A stretch of 64,000 nt of DNA, taken from positions 32,001 to 96,000 of IMG/VR virus record IMGVR_UViG_3300042402_002055; one strand, given 5' to 3'. Position numbers and translations under genes: made by a program. The DNA comes from a virus. Every line of letters starts with the position of its first letter. The first letter of the stretch is position 1. Below, one piece after another: positions 18,899-28,392 of this stretch. The notes below the pieces were generated by a model. That model ran no database searches and had not been told where the DNA came from. It saw nothing but the letters and a program-made list of their open reading frames with translations.

Positions 18899-19054
18899 AT
18901 GAAGTGTCTTAAAAGTAATAAAACAGGAAAAATTATTAGAGTTAGTGATAGAGAAGCTAACCTAGCAACGAGTGAGTGGAAGTTTATTCCAAAGAGCGAG
19001 TGGAAAACGGCAACAAGAAAAGTAAAAGTAGAAACCGATAAAACTGAAGCATAA
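18899..19054 (+). CDS. 51-aa hypothetical protein (not in ORF track)
   Basis: MKCLKSNKTGKIIRVSDREANLATSEWKFIPKSEWKTATRKVKVETDKTEA*; fills the gap, TAATG overlap with helicase, GGAGGT 5 nt upstream. Confidence 0.7.
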   Translation: MKCLKSNKTGKIIRVSDREANLATSEWKFIPKSEWKTATRKVKVETDKTEA

Positions 19055-20412
19055 TGCAAGAAGTAGATACACTAGTCAAATATGGCCAATCGTATCAATC
19101 TAAAGTTGTTGCTTCTCTTATAACAGATGTAAAGTTTTTAGAACAAGTAAGTGAAATTACTAAACCTTTATTCTTTGAGTCTCAAGCAAACCAATGGATT
19201 GTAAAAGAGGTTCAATCATACTTTGATGAATATAGAACAGTTCCGACAATGGAAGTGTTTAAGATTAAAGTTGGTGACATTGAAGATAAAGGATTGAAAC
19301 AAACGGTAGTTGAACAATTAAAGAATGTTTATTTACAAATTGGTGCAGAAGATATACCATATGTAAAAAAAGAATACCTTACATTTGCAAAAAATCAGAA
19401 AGTTAAAGAAGCTCTATTCAAATCGGTAGACCTATTAAAGAACGGACAATACGACCAGATTATAGATACGATGATGAAGGCATCCAAAGTGGGTGTTGAG
19501 TCGGATTTAGGTTTGGACTATATTGAAAACTTTGAGTCCATTTTAGAAGATGTTAAAAGAGATTCCACACCAACAGGATGGGATGTTATTGACGAACTAA
19601 TGGATGGTGGTTTAGGTCCCGGTGAATTAGGAGTTGTTATGGCACCATCTGGTATCGGTAAAAGTTGGTTCTTATCTAAGATTGCATGTTCTGCATTACA
19701 AAGAGGTATAGATGTATTACATTATACTTTGGAATTGTCAGAAAGTTATGTAGGTCAAAGATATACAACTATTCTTACCAACATTGCAACCGCAGACCAG
19801 AAAGATAGAAAGGATGAAATCATTCGTAAAATCAAACAAGTTCCGGGTAGAGTTCGTATTAAGTATTATCCACCACAATTTGCATCTGCAAAAACAATTG
19901 CAGCACACATTGAGAAAATAAAACAAACTGGATTCAATCCAAAACTAATTGTGATTGATTACGCCGATTTGTTAAAGAGTGGTAATGGTTCAAGAGATGG
20001 TTTATACGCTGAGTTGGGTGGTATCTACGAAGAACTTAGAGGGTTGAGTGGTGAACATAAGATTCCAGTATGGACTGCAACACAGACGAACAGAGCAGCA
20101 ATAGACCACGAAGTTATTCAAGCGGATAGTGTGGGTGATTCGTATAAGAAAGTCCAAACTGCAGACTTTATAATGTCAGTAAGTAGGAAAACAAAGGATA
20201 AGTTATCAAACACAGGTCGTATTCACATTGTAAAGAATAGATTTGGTCCTGACGGAATGACATTTCCTGCAAAGATTGATACATTTACAGGTACTATGGA
20301 TGTGTTTGCCGCCAATTCGGTTGACGGAATGTCATCTACAAAGGATAGTAAAAATGGTGAAGGATTAGAGAAAAAATTACTACATAAGAAGTATGTAGAG
20401 AATATGGGATAA
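19054..20412 (+). CDS. Replicative DnaB-family helicase (T4 gp41-like)
   Basis: Walker A APSGIGKS, YTLELSE, IDYADLL, ATQTNR, KNRFG. Confidence 0.93.
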   Translation: MQEVDTLVKYGQSYQSKVVASLITDVKFLEQVSEITKPLFFESQANQWIVKEVQSYFDEYRTVPTMEVFKIKVGDIEDKGLKQTVVEQLKNVYLQIGAEDIPYVKKEYLTFAKNQKVKEALFKSVDLLKNGQYDQIIDTMMKASKVGVESDLGLDYIENFESILEDVKRDSTPTGWDVIDELMDGGLGPGELGVVMAPSGIGKSWFLSKIACSALQRGIDVLHYTLELSESYVGQRYTTILTNIATADQKDRKDEIIRKIKQVPGRVRIKYYPPQFASAKTIAAHIEKIKQTGFNPKLIVIDYADLLKSGNGSRDGLYAELGGIYEELRGLSGEHKIPVWTATQTNRAAIDHEVIQADSVGDSYKKVQTADFIMSVSRKTKDKLSNTGRIHIVKNRFGPDGMTFPAKIDTFTGTMDVFAANSVDGMSSTKDSKNGEGLEKKLLHKKYVENMG

Positions 20413-20574
20413 GTATTAAAAAATTAAAAAAAGTGTGAATAAATATTTTCAAAAAAACCTAAAATTAACTAAAGAAAATGGAGTATAATGGCACTAGAGT
20501 CCATATATATCTTTACATTTCCCACTTTTTTAGGGAAAATATTTACTAACGAAAATTAAAAATTTACAAACAAA

Positions 20575-22431
20575 ATGGACATTTCAAACAAAATCTTATC
20601 TGAAATTACGGTTTATATGAAGTACGCAAAGTACAGACCAGAATTACAAAGGAGAGAAACATGGTATGAATTGGTTACAAGAAATATGGAAATGCATATT
20701 AAAAAGTATCCACAATTAGAACAAGAGATTAGAGACAATTATCAATTTGTATATGATAAAAAGGTATTACCATCAATGCGTTCAATGCAGTTCGCAGGTA
20801 AACCAATTGAAATGTCACCAAATAGAATTTACAATTGTGCATTTGCACCGATTGATGATTGGAGAGTATTTTCAGAAATTATGTTCTTACTTTTAGGTGG
20901 AACAGGTGTAGGTTATTCAGTTCAAAAACATCATGTAGATGCATTACCTGAAATTAGAAAACCAAATGCAGACAAAACTCGTAGATTCCTTATTGGAGAT
21001 TCTATCGAAGGATGGGCCGATTCAATTTCAGTATTAGTAAAATCATATTTCTTTGGTGGAAGTAAACCTCAATTTGATTTTAGAGATATTAGACAAAAGG
21101 GTGCAAGATTGATTACATCTGGTGGTAAAGCTCCAGGACCTCAACCACTTAAAGAATGTCTAATCAAATTAGAAGGTATTTTAGATGCTAAAAAGAATGG
21201 TGATAAATTATCTCCAATCGAAGTACATGATATGGTTTGTCATATTGCAGACGCAGTATTGGCAGGTGGTATTAGAAGAGCGGCATTAATTTCATTGTTC
21301 TCTGCAAATGACGAACAAATGATTAGTTGTAAGAGTGGTGCATGGTGGGAAACAAATCCACAAAGAGGTAGAGCAAATAACTCAGCAGTATTGATGAGAC
21401 ATAAGATTGATAAACCATACTTTATGGACTTATGGAAAAGAATTGAAGCAAGTGGAGCAGGTGAACCTGGTATCTACTTATCAAACGACAAAGATTGGGG
21501 AACTAATCCATGTTGTGAAATTGCATTGAGACCTTTTCAATTCTGTAATTTATGTGAAGTTAATGTAAGTGATGTGGTTGACCAGGATGATTTAAATGCA
21601 AGAGTTAAAGCAGCATCATTCATCGGAACATTACAAGCTGGTTATACTGATTTCCATTACCTTCGTCCAATCTGGCAAAGAACAACTGAAAAGGACGCAC
21701 TTATTGGTGTATCTATGACAGGTATCGGAAGTGGTGCAGTTTTGAAAATGAATATGAAAGAAGCAGCAAAAGTTGTTAAAGTTGAAAATGCAAGAGTAGC
21801 CGAAGTATTGGGTATCAATGCATCTGCAAGAACTACAACGGTTAAACCTGCAGGAACAACATCATTGACTTTAGGAACAAGTAGTGGCATCCACGCTTGG
21901 CATAACGATTACTATATTCGTAGAGTAAGAGTAGGTAAGAACGAAGCAATTTATTCTCACTTATTAGTAAACCATCCAGAATTAGTAGAAGATGAATATT
22001 TTAGACCACATGATACCGCAGTAATCGGTATTCCACAAAAGGCACCATCGGATGCAATCTTTAGAACTGAATCTCCAATTCAATTATTAGAGAGAGTTAA
22101 GAAAGTACATGGTGAGTGGATTAAACCAGGACATAGAACAGGAAACAACACGCATAATGTATCTGCAACGGTTTCAATTAGAGAGCATGAGTGGGATGCA
22201 GTTGGTGAGTGGATGTGGGAAAATAAAGAATATTACAACGGACTTTCAGTATTACCTTACGATGGTGGAACTTACATTCAAGCACCATTTGAAGATTGTA
22301 CAAAAGAAAAGTACGAAGAATTAATGAAAACACTTAATGAAGTAGACCTAAGTAAAGTTATTGAAATCGAAGATAATACAGATTTATCAGGTGAAGTAGC
22401 TTGTGCAGGAGGTGCGTGTGAAGTTAAATAA
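20575..22431 (+). CDS. nrdJ: Class II (adenosylcobalamin-dependent) ribonucleotide reductase
   Basis: YNCAF, GGIRRAA, TNPCCEI, VKPAGT.S, C-terminal ACAGGACEV; no beta-subunit gene adjacent. Confidence 0.85.
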   Translation: MDISNKILSEITVYMKYAKYRPELQRRETWYELVTRNMEMHIKKYPQLEQEIRDNYQFVYDKKVLPSMRSMQFAGKPIEMSPNRIYNCAFAPIDDWRVFSEIMFLLLGGTGVGYSVQKHHVDALPEIRKPNADKTRRFLIGDSIEGWADSISVLVKSYFFGGSKPQFDFRDIRQKGARLITSGGKAPGPQPLKECLIKLEGILDAKKNGDKLSPIEVHDMVCHIADAVLAGGIRRAALISLFSANDEQMISCKSGAWWETNPQRGRANNSAVLMRHKIDKPYFMDLWKRIEASGAGEPGIYLSNDKDWGTNPCCEIALRPFQFCNLCEVNVSDVVDQDDLNARVKAASFIGTLQAGYTDFHYLRPIWQRTTEKDALIGVSMTGIGSGAVLKMNMKEAAKVVKVENARVAEVLGINASARTTTVKPAGTTSLTLGTSSGIHAWHNDYYIRRVRVGKNEAIYSHLLVNHPELVEDEYFRPHDTAVIGIPQKAPSDAIFRTESPIQLLERVKKVHGEWIKPGHRTGNNTHNVSATVSIREHEWDAVGEWMWENKEYYNGLSVLPYDGGTYIQAPFEDCTKEKYEELMKTLNEVDLSKVIEIEDNTDLSGEVACAGGACEVK

Positions 22432-22600
22432 AGATGATAAGGAATTATATTATTTGGAAAATGGTAAAGTGGTGTTCACTCCTGAGTATCACCTTCAACG
22501 AGGTGATTGCTGTGGGAGTGGGTGCCGCCATTGTCCATATATTCCAGTTGGTATAAAAGGAAATAAAAATACAAAACAAAAACAAAATGGTAACAGTTAA
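22418..22600 (+). CDS. Small Cys-rich protein (DUF5522-like)
   Basis: YYLENGKVVFTPEYHLQRGDCCGSGCRHCPY; probable GTG start at 22418. Confidence 0.7.
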   Translation: MKLNKDDKELYYLENGKVVFTPEYHLQRGDCCGSGCRHCPYIPVGIKGNKNTKQKQNGNS

Positions 22601-22850
22601 AAAATTCTCAGCAGTATGGTGTGGCCCTTGTAGGGTGTTAGCACCGGTAATGAACGAAATCAAAGGAAATTTCTCAAATGTAAAGTTTGAAGAATATGAT
22701 ATTGACGAATATAGTGAAGTAACCGAACAATATGGAGTCCGTTCAGTTCCAACAGTAATTATCGAAAGAGATGGTGTTGAACTACAAAGGTTTACAGGAC
22801 TTTCATCTAAAATGGCATATACAAACGCAATCAATGAGGCAGTAAAGTAA
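22587..22850 (+). CDS. trxA: Thioredoxin
   Basis: WCGPC, YGVRSVPT. Confidence 0.92.
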   Translation: MVTVKKFSAVWCGPCRVLAPVMNEIKGNFSNVKFEEYDIDEYSEVTEQYGVRSVPTVIIERDGVELQRFTGLSSKMAYTNAINEAVK

Positions 22851-22851
22851 A

Positions 22852-22883
22852 TTTGGTATTGTGAGAAAAATTAGTTATATTAG
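22852..22883 (+). promoter_or_regulatory. Bacteroidota-type promoter, leaderless
   Basis: TTTG-N20-TATATTAG; ATG at +12 (22888). Confidence 0.7.
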
Positions 22884-22887
22884 ACAT

Positions 22888-23091
22888 ATGAAATTAGTAG
22901 GTGAATTACATCCAATGCATAAACTGACTGAAGAACAGGTATTGCAAATTAGGGAACTATATAAAATAGGTCATAGAAATATTAATGTAATAGCTAGGAA
23001 CTATGGAGTATCATCAGCTAATATAAAAAAAATAGTTACAAACGAAACATGGAAACACATGGTTAAGTGGCCATATGAAAGTACAAGATAA
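22888..23091 (+). CDS. Stand-alone HTH DNA-binding protein (like the C-terminal HTH of phage HNH endonucleases)
   Basis: GELHPMHKLTEEQVLQIRELY....IARNYGVSSANIKKIVTNETWKH; start placed at ATG 22888. Confidence 0.7.
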   Translation: MKLVGELHPMHKLTEEQVLQIRELYKIGHRNINVIARNYGVSSANIKKIVTNETWKHMVKWPYESTR

Positions 23092-23842
23092 ACAATATTG
23101 TGATACTTCCAAGTTTAGTGTAAGGTTAATAGAAAAGTCGGTTGCAAAGAATATAATAGTAAAATATCATTATTCTAAACAATGGACAAAAGTTAGTTAC
23201 GCATTGGGATTGTTCTACGAAAACGACACCGAACATAAATTCTTTGGTGGAGTAAATCAGGAACTAATTGGAGTGATTTGTTATGGTGACCCGATTGGTA
23301 GACATTGTGGAGCATCTATAAGTGAAACATTGGATAGAACGGAAGTGATGGAATTAGTAAGACTTTTTGTATTTGACGGTTATGGTTGTAACATTGAAAG
23401 TTGGTTTGTCGGAAAGTCTTTTGAATGGTTAAAAGAAAACGCAAAACAAATAAGAGCACTGATATCATACTCCGACCCTGTGCAAGGACATAAAGGTCAA
23501 ATATATCAGGCAACAAATTGGTTATATCAAGGAACAAGTATTAGACCTAATGACACATGGTCTTTTCGTTTTGAAGAAGGTGGTAAATGGATACATGGTA
23601 GAACTATGGCACCTTATTGGGGAACAACCTCACCTTTCAAATTACAAGAACTTATTGATAAACCATTTTGGGTAAAGAGAGAACCAAAGAAACATAGGTA
23701 TATCTACATTTTGGGCAAGGATAAAAAAGATAAAAAGGAATTATCAAAAAACATAAAACATCCTTTATATCCATACCCAAAAACATTAGAGAAATATACC
23801 GAAGAAATATTAAAATTAGAACCAATTGAAAGAGTTAAATAA
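23075..23842 (+). CDS. Mom-family (GNAT-fold) DNA adenine modification enzyme, paralog 1
   Basis: IVKYHYS, LIGVICYG.P, ELVRL, NIESWF, LISYSD...GH.G.IYQATNW.Y.G, KHRYIY. Confidence 0.8.
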   Translation: MKVQDKQYCDTSKFSVRLIEKSVAKNIIVKYHYSKQWTKVSYALGLFYENDTEHKFFGGVNQELIGVICYGDPIGRHCGASISETLDRTEVMELVRLFVFDGYGCNIESWFVGKSFEWLKENAKQIRALISYSDPVQGHKGQIYQATNWLYQGTSIRPNDTWSFRFEEGGKWIHGRTMAPYWGTTSPFKLQELIDKPFWVKREPKKHRYIYILGKDKKDKKELSKNIKHPLYPYPKTLEKYTEEILKLEPIERVK

Positions 23843-24629
23843 GTTATATTGTGATACAAGTAGAGTATCGGTTAGAGAAATAAGCAGTTCAGTTGCAAAA
23901 GAAATTATAGTTAAGAAACACTATACACATGCATGGACTGCGTGTAGATATTCATTGGGTATCTTTTACAAAACTGATGAGTCAAATGCATTGGGTGATA
24001 ATGATAAACTAATTGGATGTTTAGTGTATGGATTCCCAGTAGGTGCAAGAGCTGCAAATTCAGTTTCAGATTCAATTACAAAAGATAACATTTTAGAATT
24101 GACACGATTGTATTGTGATGATGGATATGGTTCAAACATTGAGTCATATGCGTTAGGACAATCGTTTAAGTGGTTTAGAGAAAATGATAAAGCAATTAAA
24201 ATCTTAATCTCATACGCAGATAACGGACAAGAACATTTAGGAGGTATTTATCAGGCAACGAATTGGATTTATCAAGGAATGAATACCGATATTGCATTGA
24301 TGCCAAATTACGGAATATCACTTTCAAATGACCCTTACAAATGGATTCATAGCAGAACTGTGTTTTCAATGTGGGGTAGTGGTAATTTGGAACATCTTAG
24401 GAGAGAAATTGGTAAACAGGGATATAAAGAGTTTTGGAGAAGAGAAGAACCACCAAAACATAGATACATACAAGTATTGGGTGCAGACAAAAAAGAAAAA
24501 AGAGAATTACTTAAAACTCTAAAACACGACCCAAAGTCATATCCAAAAGATACACGTGAATTTAATAAGGATATAGAAATCCATACTACAATTGCACCTG
24601 AAACCGAACTTGCAAGTAAGTTTTGGTAA
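23826..24629 (+). CDS. Mom-family (GNAT-fold) DNA adenine modification enzyme, paralog 2
   Basis: IVKKHYT, LIGCLVYG.P, ELTRL, NIESY, LISYAD...EH.G.IYQATNWIYQG, KHRYI; TTG start. Confidence 0.8.
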   Translation: MKELNKLYCDTSRVSVREISSSVAKEIIVKKHYTHAWTACRYSLGIFYKTDESNALGDNDKLIGCLVYGFPVGARAANSVSDSITKDNILELTRLYCDDGYGSNIESYALGQSFKWFRENDKAIKILISYADNGQEHLGGIYQATNWIYQGMNTDIALMPNYGISLSNDPYKWIHSRTVFSMWGSGNLEHLRREIGKQGYKEFWRREEPPKHRYIQVLGADKKEKRELLKTLKHDPKSYPKDTREFNKDIEIHTTIAPETELASKFW

Positions 24630-24653
24630 TTTGAATAATTTTTAGTATATTAC
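24622..24653 (+). promoter_or_regulatory. Bacteroidota-type promoter, leaderless
   Basis: TTTGGTAA, spacer 20, TATATTAC; ATG at +12 (24658). Confidence 0.7.
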
Positions 24654-24657
24654 ATAT

Positions 24658-25833
24658 ATGAATAAATTTTGGGATACAGGCAATGAGCCTAAAAAATCAG
24701 ACGGATTTGATTTTGAAAAAAATAAAAGAGAGTTACTTGAAAATTTAGACTATCTAATGGGTATGTCAGTACAAGAACAAACCCTCTATAAGAAGTGGGT
24801 AGAATGGAATCAGGATTTACATGGTAGTATGAAATTACTTCCTGCATTACACCAACAATACGATAAGATTTGGGAACCCACAGACATATTGGATTATGAT
24901 AAAACTGTAAAGGAAATACAAGAACTAGAACCATTTGTTGAATTGGTAGAAGATGGTGAAGCAACTCGTTGGACACATATGAGAAAGTTAATTTCCTCAA
25001 TGGAATTCAGTGCAAATCCAGGTCGTAATGTTAAAGCATTTGTGAAAGACAGAAAATCAAATAAAATATTAGGTGTTATTTCATTGGGTTCGGATATTAC
25101 AAGTTTGGGTGTTAGAGATAATTTTATAGGTTGGAAAAAAGAAGATAAATTTCAAAATGGTAAATTAAATAACACCACAATCGGAACATCCATTATAGCA
25201 ACACAACCATTGGGTTATAATTTTTTAGGTGGTAAATTGGTCGCAGCATTAACTACATCTCCTGTTTTTAGAAAACAATGGAAAGAAAAATACAATAATA
25301 TTTTAATTGCAGTTGGAACTACTGCCTTATATGGTGCAAGTTCTCAATACAATGCAATTCCACATTTTAAAACATTAGGTGAAAGTAAAGGTTTAATTAA
25401 CATTAAACCAGATGATAAGTATTATGATATTTGGCATCAATATGTTAAAAATTTAGACCCAGTGTGGTATGATAAAGCGATAAACTCCACGGGCCCAAAA
25501 CAAAATGTTTTAATGAGAGTTTTTAAAGAAATCGATGTTAAGGCTTCTCTTTATAATCATGGTTTTAAGAGAGGTGTATATTTTGCACAAATGTATGAGA
25601 ATGGTAATGATTATCTATGTTCTAAAATTGATGAGGATAAATTGATAATGAAACCAAAGTTTGTACAAGGTGACGAATATACAATCAAATGGTGGAAAGA
25701 TAAGGCAATAAAAAGATATACAACATTACATAGTGAAGGAAGATTAAAATCGGAAAAGTTATTTTATGCTGACATCATTGGAATGACATGGGAAGAATGT
25801 AAAGAAAAATATTTAAAAGAAGTGGGAAGATAA
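24658..25833 (+). CDS. DUF4338 / Druantia DruA-like protein
   Basis: PGRN, LGVISLGSD, RD.FIGW, QPLGYNFLGGKLVAAL, TTALYG.SSQYN, LGES.G. Confidence 0.7.
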   Translation: MNKFWDTGNEPKKSDGFDFEKNKRELLENLDYLMGMSVQEQTLYKKWVEWNQDLHGSMKLLPALHQQYDKIWEPTDILDYDKTVKEIQELEPFVELVEDGEATRWTHMRKLISSMEFSANPGRNVKAFVKDRKSNKILGVISLGSDITSLGVRDNFIGWKKEDKFQNGKLNNTTIGTSIIATQPLGYNFLGGKLVAALTTSPVFRKQWKEKYNNILIAVGTTALYGASSQYNAIPHFKTLGESKGLINIKPDDKYYDIWHQYVKNLDPVWYDKAINSTGPKQNVLMRVFKEIDVKASLYNHGFKRGVYFAQMYENGNDYLCSKIDEDKLIMKPKFVQGDEYTIKWWKDKAIKRYTTLHSEGRLKSEKLFYADIIGMTWEECKEKYLKEVGR

Positions 25834-25834
25834 T

Positions 25835-28390
25835 ATGTATCAAAATATATTTTACGAAAGAGCAAAAAATCTCATGCACTTGTGGGATGACAAAAATGGA
25901 TATCAAACAATGCCATACCGAAAGTATGCGTATAAAAAAGACCCACAAGGACAGCATCTTTCAATGAATGGAGAAAGACTTACAAGAATTTCAAAATGGG
26001 AAAAAGAAGACAATGATGACTTATTTGAAAGTGATGTTCCAGAAACAACAAGAGTGTTAGTGGATATTTACGATAGTGATATTCCTTCGAATGGACATAG
26101 AGTATTGACTTTTGACATTGAGGTTGAAATGATATCAGGACTCCCAAACACAAAAGAAGCACAAAACGAACTGACAGCAATTGCAGCACATGATGGTGCA
26201 ACTAAATTGTATGATGTATTCGTATTAGACAAAGACAAAATAGTTAAAAATAATGCCAAAAACTTTAATAAAGATGGGAGAGAAGTTACTCTACACATTT
26301 TCGATAACGAGAAAAATCTCTTACTTGCTTTCCTTAATTATTACGAGGAAATTGACCCGACTATTCTTACGGGATGGAATATAGATTTCTTTGATATTCC
26401 GTATTTGTATAATCGTATAAAAAATGTATGTGGAGAAGGCCATGCAAAAAGACTTTCTAGAATAGGACAATGTTTCTATTCACCATATAGAGAGAAATGG
26501 TCTTTTGGTGGTGTATCAATTTTGGATTACATCAGTTTATACAAACAATACAACTTTGGACTAGAAAGTTCATACACATTGAACCACATCGCAACAAAAG
26601 AATTGGGTAGAGGCAAAGTTGAGTATGAAGGAAGCTTGGATGATTTATTTGTAAATGATTTAGAAAAGTTTATTGAGTATAATATTGTCGATGTGGACTT
26701 AGTGGTATCAATGGATGAGAAGTTAAAGTTTATTGATTTATGTCGAGCTATATGTCACGCCGGTTATGTTCCTTATGAAGATTATATGTTTTCGTCAAAA
26801 TGGTTAGAAGGAGCTTGTTTAGCATATCTTAAAACTAAAAATATGGTTGCAACAAACAAACCGGCCGATAGGAGAGAGAGAATGCAAGCATTGAAAGATA
26901 ATGACCAAGAAAAGTTTATTGGAGCATATGTAAAAGAACCCATCGTTGGTAAGTATGATTGGATTTATGATTTGGATTTGACATCACTATACCCATCAAT
27001 CATTATGACCCTAAATATCAGTCCTGAAACAAAGATTGGTAAGATTTCAAATTGGGATGCAGAACAATATATCAAAGGTGAGGAAATCACTTATAAGTTA
27101 AAGGGTAAGGATGGTGATGAATACGAATACAATCGTCAGGAATTAGCAGATGTTATTAAAGATAGTAATTTGGGTGTAGCAGCCAATGGAGTCCTTTATA
27201 TGCAAGATAAACCAGGTTTGATTGCGGATATCCTTAACACATGGTTTAACAAAAGGGTTGAATATCGTAAATTAGAAAAGAAATATGGTGAGGAAAAAAA
27301 TACCGAATTATATGAGTTCTATGGTAAGAGACAACACGTTCAAAAGATTCTATTGAACTCAATGTATGGTGTATTAGGATTACCTGCATTCCGTTTCTAT
27401 GATGTGGATAACGCAGAGGCAGTAACCCTAACAGGACAAGTAGTAATTAAAAAGACGGCTGAAATGGCAAATAGAAAATATTGGAAAGAATTAGAAACAA
27501 CTGACGACTATAATGTTTATATTGATACCGACTCAATTTATATGATGGCAGAACCTTTGGTAAAACATAGATACCCAGAATATAAGACATTTGATGAAAA
27601 GAGGATGGCAGTTGAAGTGGATAACATTGCAACCGAAACACAAACATTCTTAAACTCATTCTACGACTTATTGGCAGAGAGATTTTTCTTTATTCCAAAA
27701 GATAAACATAGATTTGAGATTAAAAAGGAATATATCAGTAAAGCAGGATTTTGGGTAGCAAAGAAACGATATGCACAATGGATGATTTTGAAAAACGGAA
27801 TACCTTGTGATAAGTTGGATGTTAAAGGTTTGGATGTAGTTAGAAGTTCATTTCCAAAAGCATTCCAAAAGTTTATGTCGACAATGTTGAAAGATATTCT
27901 AATGGGTAAAGACCATGAATATATAGATGATACTCTATTGACATTTAAGAAAAGTTTACCAACACTACCTGTAAATACAATAGCAAAAGGTGGAGCATTA
28001 AAAGAATTGAGTAAATATGATAATGGTAGTTGGAAACCTGGAAATGCAGTAGCAAATTTTGAGAAAGGAACACCTGCACACGTTAAAGCCGGAATAACAT
28101 ATAATAGATTATTAAAATTCTTTAATTGTCCATATAAGCATGAACCAATTAGAGATGGTGATAAAGTAAAATGGGTATATCTTAAAGACAACCCATTAGG
28201 ATTAGAAACAGTTGCATTCAAAGATTATAATGACCCAAAAGAAATTATGGATTTTGTGGAAACCTATGTGGATAGAAACAAAATATTTGAAGCAGAATTA
28301 GAAAACAAATTAGATGACTTTTATAACGCATTAAAGTGGGATAAAGTTACCGCAGATACAAAAACAGCAAAAAAGTTTTTCGCATTTTAA
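25835..28390 (+). CDS. Family B DNA polymerase (T4 gp43-like)
   Basis: ExoI FDIEV, ExoII GWNIDFFD, ExoIII YNIVD, DLTSLYPSII, KILLNSMYG, YIDTDS, KKRY. Confidence 0.95.
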   Translation: MYQNIFYERAKNLMHLWDDKNGYQTMPYRKYAYKKDPQGQHLSMNGERLTRISKWEKEDNDDLFESDVPETTRVLVDIYDSDIPSNGHRVLTFDIEVEMISGLPNTKEAQNELTAIAAHDGATKLYDVFVLDKDKIVKNNAKNFNKDGREVTLHIFDNEKNLLLAFLNYYEEIDPTILTGWNIDFFDIPYLYNRIKNVCGEGHAKRLSRIGQCFYSPYREKWSFGGVSILDYISLYKQYNFGLESSYTLNHIATKELGRGKVEYEGSLDDLFVNDLEKFIEYNIVDVDLVVSMDEKLKFIDLCRAICHAGYVPYEDYMFSSKWLEGACLAYLKTKNMVATNKPADRRERMQALKDNDQEKFIGAYVKEPIVGKYDWIYDLDLTSLYPSIIMTLNISPETKIGKISNWDAEQYIKGEEITYKLKGKDGDEYEYNRQELADVIKDSNLGVAANGVLYMQDKPGLIADILNTWFNKRVEYRKLEKKYGEEKNTELYEFYGKRQHVQKILLNSMYGVLGLPAFRFYDVDNAEAVTLTGQVVIKKTAEMANRKYWKELETTDDYNVYIDTDSIYMMAEPLVKHRYPEYKTFDEKRMAVEVDNIATETQTFLNSFYDLLAERFFFIPKDKHRFEIKKEYISKAGFWVAKKRYAQWMILKNGIPCDKLDVKGLDVVRSSFPKAFQKFMSTMLKDILMGKDHEYIDDTLLTFKKSLPTLPVNTIAKGGALKELSKYDNGSWKPGNAVANFEKGTPAHVKAGITYNRLLKFFNCPYKHEPIRDGDKVKWVYLKDNPLGLETVAFKDYNDPKEIMDFVETYVDRNKIFEAELENKLDDFYNALKWDKVTADTKTAKKFFAF

Positions 28391-28392
28391 TT

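Noticed and set aside
20478-20549. 23-codon upstream ORF before nrdJ as a leader peptide
   Set aside because: No informative codon bias or attenuator architecture; an ORF this short is expected by chance
22861-22887. GTG start for the HTH gene
   Set aside because: Falls within the promoter spacer; ATG 22888 matches the +12 leaderless pattern
24658-25833. Complete Druantia defence system
   Set aside because: Only a DruA-like gene is present; no DruE helicase or other partners, and the context is a phage replication operon
16398-28390. Inteins or group I introns in RecA, helicase, RNR or PolB
   Set aside because: Protein lengths are normal, ORFs are uninterrupted, and no splicing or LAGLIDADG motifs were seen
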